A stretch of DNA of 64,000 bases from Saprolegnia diclina VS20 (taxonomy: Eukaryota). Below are positions 12,934-23,041 of the stretch, piece by piece. Every line of letters begins with the position of its first letter. The stretch's first letter is position 1. The stretch is taken from the NCBI RefSeq assembly GCF_000281045.1, contig NW_008246165.1, positions 85,604-149,603 of the forward strand. Direction: 5' to 3'. Made by a program: the position numbers and the translations under genes. Under the pieces are notes generated by a model, which saw nothing but the letters and a program-made list of their open reading frames with translations, ran no database searches and had not been told where the DNA came from.

Positions 12934-13549
12934 GGTCGGCGCCCCTTCCGAGGAAACTTTTGCGTTGTGCGGAAGCTGGAACGAGCCAGAAGGCCATTGG
13001 CTGAAATCCAGCACACGTCGCCAATCAGCTCTCGGGATGTCGCTCCTTGCTACGAAACGCACCAATCCACGCGGTCCCAACGACGCCTTCGATAGATATG
13101 TCGCGAAACCACTCTGGCCTCGCCAAGAGCGCTGTCGCGAGCTCCTTCCAATGCTCGGTATCGTCGCCAGCGTCATGGACGAAGCGGCTGTAGAAGCGCA
13201 CGATGTGGCCGACGTACCACCGTCTTGCTACGCAGCACCCATGTAATGATCCCGCATCAATCCAAGCGCTTCAGCTATCGCCAGGAGACCAGCGCCAAAG
13301 CACTGACGCCGGAGAAGCACTCGACTGGTAGGCTGCCACGTGTAAGAGCAAGGTCTGTGTCGGCCGTGCCGTGTGCAGGAGCCGCCATGGCTCGGTGGCG
13401 ATCCGGCCGATGCCATTGGCTAAAATGCAGCCAATGGCCTTCGTTATTACGCTGCAGCCAATCATCGCACTCTATTTAAACAGTCCACCAATCACAACGC
13501 ATGGACGGTGCTTGGTGGCTACATTTGGGCCAGAACCGAATCCTCCATC

Positions 13550-13992
13550 ATGGCCCAAGGCAGCACCGCGCTCAAGCACAAGAACGTCAAGAACCTCAAG
13601 GCCAAGCCGGCCAAGAAGAAGATCGAGACGCGCCACAAGAAGACGGCGGCCAAGTTCACCAAGAAGGGCAGTACGTGTTTCGCTCTGTCCTGCGAATCGA
13701 CGCTCAGGTCCCTTGCGTAGACCCGACGACCGAGGTCCGCCGTGGTTGCAATGGCTTCAAGCGCCGCGGTGATGAGTCCGTCACGGGCTTTATCAACAAC
13801 AACATTGAGCAGATCATGGCGTCGCGCGTGCTTCAATCTGGCTCGTCGATCATGCTGAGCGACGTCAAGTCGGCCGGGAAGGAGCGCCTCAAGGAGATCA
13901 ACCAGGCCGCGCGCACCAAGAAGAAGAGCCGCGTCGAAGAGAAGCTTGCGGCGGTCGAAAAGTCCATCAAGGACGCCGAAATGGCGCCGTAA
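13550..13992 (+). CDS. Small basic UPF0390/DUF2462 (C19orf53-like) protein
   Basis: Starts MAQG, Lys-rich, INNNIEQIMASRV segment. One intron at 13671-13720 (gtacgt...cgtag) restores the frame. Confidence 0.65.
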
Positions 13993-14164
13993 TACTCCTA
14001 TTATTCACCATCAATACTGTTCCTCCAAAGCCCATCGCTTGTCATAGCTGCCACCATACCAAGCCATCCTTTATATGCTACATTCGCCCCAACGTGGCGA
14101 TTGAATACCGGTGGACGCTACTACATGTGGTGTTGATATATTATTGCATTGGGATGTAGGAAGC

Positions 14165-15786
14165 CTAGAGCGGTCTCTTGTCCATGGCCTGCGCAAGCGA
14201 CCCTTTCCTCTTGATCGGCTGGCTCTGGCCCACTAAGATGCGGTACTTGGCGTACATCCCGTTGCGCTTGAACTGTGGCACCATTTGGTCTTCGAGGTAA
14301 CTCCGCACTTCGGTCGCCGCGACGTCAAAGAGCGTGTTGCCCTGGTGCGTCTCGAGCTGCGACGCGATCACTGCACTCGTCTGTGGCGACACGCAGCGCG
14401 CGGGCGCGATCGCCGACGGGGCCAAGTACCGCGCAAAGATCTCGCGCCTCATTTCGTCGGCCTCCTTTTCGTTCTGGACCATGCCAAACGTCATGACGTG
14501 GTGCAGGAAGTCCACGCTGCCTTCCGGCTGGAGCGCCATGATCACCACGTACAAGCCGAGGTACTCGCGCCCGAGCTCGTGGCTCAGAATCGCCGTCAGA
14601 TCGTCGTCGCCAATGAAATCCAAGTAAATGTCGTGACGCGCTTGGGCCGACGCGGTCCGCGCCGCCACTTCGTCGTAGTCGAGGTACGCGGCCCAATTCG
14701 GTGTCTTGAGAAAGCGCGGCCACGAGTCGCGCTGGACGAGCGCAACGATTTCGCTTTTCGCAGCCCGAAACAAATCTTTGGGCGCTTCCTTGTCCTTGCT
14801 GACCTTGCGCTCGAGGCGGACGCGGATCTTGGACGGGATATTGATCTGCAGCGGCGCGTTCTCGTCGACAAAGAGCTTGAGGATGCGGGCAGCGGCCGCG
14901 ACTTGGTCATCCGCCGACAAGCTGTCGTAGTTGTCATCGAACGAGTTGACCATATCGATGAACTCGAGGTTCTCGGACGAGTATTCTTGCACGAGAAACT
15001 GGTGGAAGAAGCACATGGCCATGTCGTCCCGCAGCATGAGCTCAAACTTGAGCGTCTTGCCCATGAATTCTCGCCCGGCGCTCGAGCGCGGCCAGTGCTC
15101 GGCCTCGACCTGCCGCAGCGCCTTCATGCAGTCGTCCATCATCGCGAGAAGGTCGTCTTCGTTCGTGAAGGACCCGTTGGCGTTCAAGCCGATGCGGAGG
15201 AGGCCGATCGTCGCGTTCGAGAGGCGTGTCGTGCTCGCGAGGTTGGTCACGGCCGCCTCGAGCTGCCCGAGGTCAGCGCTATTGTCGTCCGAGCTGTTGT
15301 TGTTGTTGCTCGGTTGCTTGAGCGCTTGCCACTTGGCTTGGAGCGCAAAATAGACCCTGGCCACATCTTTCTTCTTGATCTCGGCGCAGTGGACGCCAAA
15401 GAGGCGGCGGCCGACGTCCGACTCGAGGACGCGGGGCAGTGGCATCGCCTTGAGGTAGTTGTAGCATACCGTGTTGAGTTCGGTCGCAAAGTGGGTCGGC
15501 GCTTGGTCGTGCTTCTTGGTCGTCGGCTTGGTGGACGCGGCCTCGGCAGGGTTGGCCTCGGGCTTGGCCGCCGCCGACGGAAACGACCCCATACCGACGA
15601 GTTCGCCGACCGGGTTCTTCAGCGCGGGAGTAATTTTAGCTCTCACGCGTTTTGCAGCTAATCTGGGCGCCGGTTGTTGGATAGTCGAAGGGATACACTA
15701 TTGAGCTAACGTGGGGTAGGGTTGTGTGGGACGTCTCGCTGACTCTGGGACTCTAGGAACGAGCCGGAAGGCGTTGCCGCTTGCAT
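14165..15786 (-). CDS. Regulator of G-protein signalling protein with two RGS domains
   Basis: FLVQEYSSENLEF...APLQINI...LFRAAKSEI...DSWPRFL is a canonical RGS box; a second degenerate RGS follows (LSHELGREYL...IFARYLAP...LFDVAATEV...VPQF). Start inferred via an intron at about 15659-15710. Confidence 0.85.
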
Positions 15787-15899
15787 CAGCAACAAGCTAC
15801 AGCAAAGAGCTAGCATCGTCAACGACAGTCCTTTTGCCCTTTGAGAAGGTGCTCCGAACACACAAGCCCTTGGCTCTTGATGCTCCCGAATGACGCTCG

Positions 15900-16134
15900 A
15901 TTGGCCGTGTGGATTCCGGATATGCCAAACGGGTCCAATCGCAATCAAGATAGCCCTGGACACGATTTGATACAGTGTTTGAAACACTGTCTATGTCGGA
16001 CTCTGTGGGCAACCACGATTTGGACGCCGCTGCATCGGCCAGTCTCGAGACTCGACTGCAGCCCACAATCGTACGGCCATCACCAAGTGTCTTTTGATTG
16101 GGCATCGGTTCCGGATACGACGGTGGTAGCCAAT
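15900..16134. promoter_or_regulatory. Two ATTGG..TTCCGGATA..CCAAT modules in a divergent promoter
   Basis: ATTGG 15900, TTCCGGATA 15914, CCAAT 15935; and ATTGG 16097, TTCCGGATA 16109, CCAAT 16130. The same module lies upstream of the paralog at 59907-59945. Confidence 0.55.
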
Positions 16135-16191
16135 CCGAGGATGTCGCCTTTCCGCATCACAGATTTGGCTGCCAAATTCCCATAAGATCTC

Positions 16192-18221
16192 ATGGCGACC
16201 TTCCGCAGCGTGGTTCTGGCGCAGCCCGAGATCGCATCGATCATCTTCATGGTTTAAGAGATCGTGTTCGGAGAAGGTTGCTGAACGATGCCTATCATCT
16301 TCGGCCTCCAGTTTGGCGTTACGCAGACGTCGCGTCGCGCTTCCGCGACTTTAACCACCACGTGGACGTGCACCGACCGACGGACGACGACGACACCCCC
16401 TGCTACGGCCTCGACGCGACCTTTGTCACGCGCTACCTCGCTCTCAAAGATGGCTCGACAACAAACTGCATTGGCGCCAGAAGCTTGTGCCTCAGTACGC
16501 AGTACACGCGCGACGCTCGCTTTCCGCTGCACTTGGCGATTTGCGAAGGTGACTTGGTCGCGACGCAGCGGATCGTCGCCTGCCGCCCCGACCTCATGTA
16601 CCAAGAAGCCATCGAGGCGGCGCTCATGACTGGCCACCTTGAGATCGCAAACTTTCTACTGCAGACGCACGCTGTCGACCGCAACTTTGACGACAAGACC
16701 TTGGGTTGCGTCTCGCGGGCGCTGGACTCCTGGCTGCCCGCCGCGCTGCTGTCGACCAACAATGCGGATGCGCTAGCACTGCTGTGGCGTCGCCGCCAAC
16801 TCGAGTGGCCGACGGTTCTGCTCCGTTTGGCCAGCGATGCGGGCGCGCCTCAAGTCATTGCGTTCTTGTACAAGCACATGCCTCACACAGTGTACGAGGG
16901 CTTCGTGGACGTTGCCGCCGCCCAACGTCTCTTGGAGATTGTCATCGACCTCGTCGCACGCGGTTTCAGCTGCACCGCCGATGCACTGGACACGGCCGCT
17001 ACGAATGGTCATGTTGACGTCGTCCGCTTCCTCATCGAGCAGTGCCACCAAGTGCCGTCGCGGACGACGCAAGAGAATGCGGCAACGCAAGGACACTTGG
17101 CCGTCGTCATCTACCTGCACGAGCTCGGGACGTTGGATAATGCCATCATGGCTGCGTTCTCAGCCGCCTACTTGGGCCACGACGACGTTGTGCGGTACCT
17201 TGTGGCCAATCGACGCGCGACCGACACTACCGTGCGCGTCGACGCGCCCGTGTCGGACCTAGTGTTCCTCGCCATGCACTTTCTCTCGCTCGGGTGCTCG
17301 CTGGAGAACGCCGCAGAGTACTTTTCAAATGTCATCAGAAAGCAAACGTCGGGCATCATGGAAATCGCGGCCTTTTTCATCGGGCGTGGTGTTGTGCTTG
17401 ACGCTACCTGGATGATCAACGCTTGTGAGCGAGGCGACATGGACGTCGCCATCTACCTCCACGACCACGGCGCAGCGTCGGCACCCGAAGCCATCGACCG
17501 AGCCGCGTACAAGCAGCATTGGGCCATCGTCGATTTTCTCATGGCCCATCGAAGCGAAGGCGCGACGCTCACTGGCATCGAGTGTGCCCTTGTGCATGGT
17601 ATGTTTGGAGTGGTCTTGGAGCTTTGGGCAAACCAGCCCGAGCTCCGCGACGACGACCTCTTGCGCAGCGCCATTGCCAACAACGCCGTCGACGCCATCG
17701 ATTTTCTGCTGGAGAAGGGGGTCGGGCACCCTCGCCATCTTCCCTCCGACGCGCTCTGCGTGCACAAAGGATGCCTCGGTGCTCTCTTACCCTGCGTCAT
17801 GGATCCACCGACGCCGATCGAGAACCTCGCGCACCTCATCGAGACATTTGCTAGCATGTCTTCCAGCATTTCCAAGTCCAACCTCTTGGTCATCAAGGCC
17901 GAGATGCTTCGTCAGGCCAACGACCTCGTCGACGCCAGCGACGACCTCCAAGCTCACGCAGCCACACTCTTGCGTCGGGGCGCCGAGACGACCACAGAAC
18001 GTGATGATGGTATGCGGGTGCTGGACCGCGCGGCTCTCTTTGACTGGGCACTCGCAGTGCTCATCGTACACTTCTCGACGGACGCTGCGACCACTGCCGC
18101 TCAGAAGACGCGACTGGACGCGTGGATGATCATGGTCGACGAACCTCTTCTGCGCTCTCAACTGCACACTCGCCTTGACGTGAAGGGCAGCGCGGGGCAG
18201 CGGCATTGCAACGACGAATGA
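16192..18221 (+). pseudogene. Ankyrin-like repeat family member (copy A), 5' end disrupted
   Basis: ATG 16192 MATFRSVVLAQPEIASIIF matches paralog 59859, then a 54-bp insertion with in-frame TAA and a 1-bp deletion (ggcgttacgca vs ggcgtctacgca). Downstream frame open to 18221 with DARFPLHLAI and AATNGHVDVVRFL repeats. Confidence 0.7.
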
Positions 18222-18339
18222 AAAAACCAACTAACTAGTTTTTCTACTAGCATCCGCGCCCTTGGTGAAACACAAACACGACTGCAGGTAGAATAAGTTG
18301 AGAGAGTTTAGATATCTAGTCTATCGAGGTTCGGGGATA

Positions 18340-21300
18340 TTAGGGTTGGACGACGGTCTCTTCGAGCAGCGCCAAGTTGTGCGCGATGCCGCTCATGCCA
18401 CTCACCAGACTGTTGAGAAGAAGGAGTTCTTCGAGTGCGAGACCCTTGTACCTGTCGTCCTGCAGCAGCCACGCCGCGTACGACTGGCGCATGGCGTCGG
18501 CAGCATGGAGCAGCGAGAACGTCTCGACGTCCAAAATGTCGTGGGCGCGACGGACGCCGTCGTCCAAGAAATATTCGGGCAGTCGACTGGTCGGCGTCAA
18601 GAGCGGGCTACCGTCGATGGAGATTTCTTGCAACGCTGTCGCCGAGAGCAGATGGGCGCTGCTCTGCGTCGGAAGGACCTCCACTTCGAGCAGCAAGCCG
18701 TTCTCGAGCGCACGCATGAACTCGTCGAGCGAGACCTTGCCCGACTTGTCTTGGTTGACGATCTCAATAAAGTCGGCCACGTACTCGTCGACCGCGTCCA
18801 TTGGCAAGACGCCCGACTGCTCAAACACGTGCAGAAGCAGCACCTTGACGTCACTCGCATCCACATACCCGCTGCCCTGCTTGTCCGCGAGCTGGAACGC
18901 TTCCTTCATCTGCACAAACAGCGCTGTCTGGTCGGCGTCGGCGAACTGGAAGCGCTCGCCAAAGAGCGTGTCCAGAGTCTCGAAGGTCTCGTGGATCGAC
19001 GGACCGAGCTCGAGGGGCAAGTCGCACGACGCCAATGACGCGTGTCGACGCAGGAACCACTCGACAAGCTGCAGCAGAATCGTCGTGTTGGTCAAGAGGC
19101 GCTGACAGCCCTCGACGATCGCCGTGTACTTGGGCTGCGAGAAGGCCGGACGCCACAGTCGCGGCTCGAAAAGCGCTTCCTTGAGCAATATTCGCTGGTC
19201 GTTGAGACACGATGGGGCAGTCGTCTGTAGAGCCGTCTTGACCGCTGCCAACTGCGAGAGGTCGCTCGCGCCATCACACAGGAGGGTGTGCTCCACGAGC
19301 GTACTGAACGCGACTCGGCAGAGGCCGAGGTGCATCTGAACGTTGCGACGGAGGAGCTTGTAGGCGCTCTCGGGCCAAAAGAGTAGCTCGATGCTGACGA
19401 TGAGGAGGACGCCGAGGGTCATTTGCACGACGTTGGCGTAGGACGACAAGGAGCCAGGCGCGGGACAAATGTCATCGGGTAGCAAGATCCCGGCGGCAAT
19501 AAAGGCCGAGACGAGGCCGGCGTACGAGTCGAGACCGCCCTTCCACTTCACATACATGGACGCGGTCGTCCAGACAAAGAAGAACAAGTTGCGAAGGACA
19601 AGCATCACTGCCGTGTACTCGCCGCTGTAGGTGCAGACAAAGAAGAGCGCGATCGAGGGCACGATGACGCCGGCGACGACGCCGACGGCGCGAAACAACG
19701 AGATGCCAAACGACCCACCTAGTCCTTATGAGTTGCGCTGTCGATGGCGAAAATGACAATATGTACCAATTTGATTGCCCATGACGTAGGCGATTGTCGT
19801 TGGCGCCGTGGACGAAAATCCAAAGACATATACGGCGAGAAGGCTGGACAAAAGGAGGGCGAGCCAGACTTTGAATGCAATCTGGAACCGCGCCGGCGTC
19901 AGCTTGCGTGGATCGACAAACGACCAGAACGACCGCTTGATAAAGTTGAGCATGCGCGACGGCTACCATATTGAGCTAGTCAAGGCAACGCCGGGATCGA
20001 AGCGCGTACAGTGTGGTGGGTCTCGTTGCGAACTTTGGCGGGAAACTCGGCCATCGCCGCGCAAAGCGACTGGAGGCCAAAGAGGAAGAGGTTGAGCGGG
20101 ATGTTGCCTTCGACGTCCGACGGCGTCGGGTGCATCGTGAGGAAGAGCTTGCTCTGCGTCGCTTGAAAGCGCAATAAGAGAGCTTCCATCTCGGTCTGCA
20201 GCGCATGCAGCTGCGACAACTGCAGATCTACAGCGACGCATGAGCAAATTTGAGACCTTTGGACCGTGTATACCTGTATGGTTGGCGTGGACGTCAAGCG
20301 AAATCTCGCGGAGCAGTGCGATCGCGCGGAATTGAACGCTGCACACCTCTTGCTGCAACGCAGCCATGAACGACGTGTGGAGACGGTCGTAGTGCTCGAG
20401 CTGCAGCGCTTGGTTCATCGCGCGAAGCGTGTCGAGGAGCGATGCGTAGAGCTCAATGTACGGCTTGGTGATTGTTTTTTGGAAGCCCAGGAGCGGCGCG
20501 AGGCCGAGGATCTGCTCCCACCACGCGTCGTTGAGAAGACTTGTCATTGCGTCCTTCTGCAGTGTGGCGAGTTCAAATTTGCGCTTGATCTTGGTGCGTA
20601 GAAAGTGCATGTGCTCGACGTTCTTCTTCTTGAAGCAGTAGGCGTCGACGACGAGGTGCAAGAGGTCGTGGATCGTGTCGGCCGCCGACAGAGTTTGCGT
20701 CTGGAGCTTCCGGATCGCACTAGGTACAAAATACAAAAATGAGGGCGGCGTTCGGGATCGAAGCGGGTACAAGATCGGGTACGGCACCCAGACAACGAGA
20801 AACGACAGGAACGCGCCGATGAGCCCGAGCCACATGTAGATAAAGAGGTTCTTGACGATCATCGGGCTCGTATAGAGACCGTTGGCCGCGTCCTTGAGCT
20901 TGGCCGGGTCGCTGTAGTCGTTGGGGCTCACGACCGTCAAGGCGAAAATGAGGTTGTTGACCATCGAGAACTTTTTGGTCCCGGCTTCCTACCATTATAG
21001 TATCGTGTAAGACGATATTGTCTAGGATGCAGAATCGTGTCGATACGTACAAAGGGCAGGAGGAGAATAAACGCGTTAAAGGCCATCATGAACGGCAGCA
21101 CAGTCAAGACGTCGCCGTTGTTGACATAGTACGGCGTGCCGCTGAAGGACGTGGTGATGCGCACAAGCGTGCCATCGTGCACAGCAGCTTGTACTAGAGA
21201 GGAATATATACCATAGTTACTAGGAGCTTGAGAATCAATTAAGAAAAAGTACCTTCGGCGTCGCTGTAAAAGAGGCGGGGCTGGAAACAGTGAAAGAGGA

Positions 21301-21786
21301 CTGCGTTGTACGCGAACGCAAGGAAGACGCCGAGCTTTTGCTGGAAGACTTCCCGCAGCGTCGCGCCAATGTTGCGGCCAGCAGCAAAGACGCAGGCGAC
21401 AGCGATAAAGTTGATGCCGCCGAGGATGTACCACTCAGGAAAGCAGACCCAGATATTTGGCCGCGCCGGCGTGTGCTCGCCCGAGGCCTTGGTGACAAAA
21501 GCAGAAGCGATGAGGACGCCGAGGCCCGTGCGCATGGCGAGACCCAAGTTGGTCTTGAACTCGGCTACATACAATATAGGTAAACACCACGTCGTTTCGT
21601 TGTTCGAGCGAGCGTACTGCGGGACTGGGCCTCAGTGTCCATGGGCCGCGCCTTGCCCATGGTGATGCGCAGTCGCCCGATGGCCTCGCGCTGCGACTTG
21701 CTCAGCTGGTGAGACAGCGTCGGCCGCCGGTGCAAGCTCGGCGCGTCCTCGTCTTGTCGACAGCTCGTAGTAGCGTCTGCTGCCAT
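18340..21786 (-). CDS. ALMT/FUSC (aromatic acid exporter)-like multi-TM protein with an EF-hand pair, multi-exon
   Basis: Two TM bundles (LAMRTGLGVLIAS...GRNIGATLRE; FQIAFKVWLALLLSS...GGSFGISLFRAVGVVAG...QMTLGVLLIVSIELLFWP) each followed by a helical domain; EF-hands DKQGSGYVDASD and QDKSGKVSLDEF. Confidence 0.75.
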
Positions 21787-22341
21787 CGCTGCGGCGTCGC
21801 CCGATGAGAAATGGCGCTGCGTGGATGGCCGCGCCAAGGCTTTGCCCAATCAGATTGCGTTCTGTCGTATCGCAATCGTTCCGGTACAGTTCCAACCTGT
21901 GCATACGATAAAATATTGGGATATTTCTTTCGCCCTCGTGGATAATATTGAATATAGCGGCGTCCCCGAGCGCCACGTCATTGGATCGTCCGTCGGTTTG
22001 TATGTCGTTTTTTTCGAGAGGCCAAAAATGACGTCCTCGTGCGGCTGTGCGTGCTCACGACGGGGTTGCATGTTGGCTAAAGGCTGTAGTAGCCTGCAGC
22101 TACTCGCCTTCCGGACTCTACTGCAGGCATCGTAGCTGCCTGTTTGTGTATCTTGTGGTCAGTCCAACAAGCAATCTCGGCTTCTACCTTCTGAAATCAT
22201 CGAATCGAATCTTGGGACGTCGCCACAGCTTCCACCTCGTCATCATGGGCCCTGGGCCCGGACCATCGAGCAAAAATCTTTCGCGGCTCTGTGCGACACC
22301 ACAGGAAAAAAAACCTTGTCTCTGCAACGTGCGCCTTTCTC

Positions 22342-22452
22342 AGTTGGGCCCCCCACCCAGTCACGTTTTTTAGGTACCCAAAGTTGAGACATTGACTTGA
22401 TTATGTGGGCAGTGGGTACCTCAAGAAAATATATTTGGGACGGGGCCCCACT
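22342..22452. repeat. Imperfect ~39-bp inverted repeat, MITE-like
   Basis: Left agttgggccccccacccagtcacgttttttaggtaccca versus reverse complement of right arm agtggggccccgtcccaaatatattttcttgaggtaccca; ~32-nt spacer. Confidence 0.55.
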
Positions 22453-23041
22453 ATGACGTGGCATTCCAGTCTGCACTTGATGTTGCCATTCCTTCGGCTG
22501 CTAGGTCGCGAAGGATTACGAGGTCATAATAGCGTGCACGGGAGAGCGAATGTCCTTGTGGCGGACCCATGTATGATGTATAGCTGCAACCCAGCCGTCT
22601 GCTGTGACAGACTTTAGGCGTCATGACTTCGGCAGTCAAATCAAGGGCCTGCAAGTATTTTTTTTGAAACTCGCCAACAATTGCTGTTTTATTCCAACAT
22701 AAATCAGCTAGATATTCAACGCGAGCCAATACATGATGCTTTGAGCCTTCATAATTCTAGACAGACTTGTCCTTGGCCACTGAAATGGTCACAGCGTTGT
22801 GGCTCCGCGCATAGAGCGTGGTATCGAAAAACGGGGGGCTGGACAGTGCGTATTGTGCATTGCTGGCTGTACTTGCGATCATCGGTTGCCGGAGTATGTT
22901 TAAACCGTCGACAACGTGAGGATGGAGACGTATAGCTACAGTGGTGCAGCAACTGACGCGGAAGCGCCGCTTGAGCGACGTGTCCTCGCAACCTAAACCT
23001 GTCGAAGTTTTTTAGCGACTGGAGACGATAAACCTATTCGA

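Noticed and set aside
16098..16191. Listed 707-aa ORF start at 16098
   Set aside because: Starts at TTG and translates promoter and insert sequence; homology places the true start at 16192.
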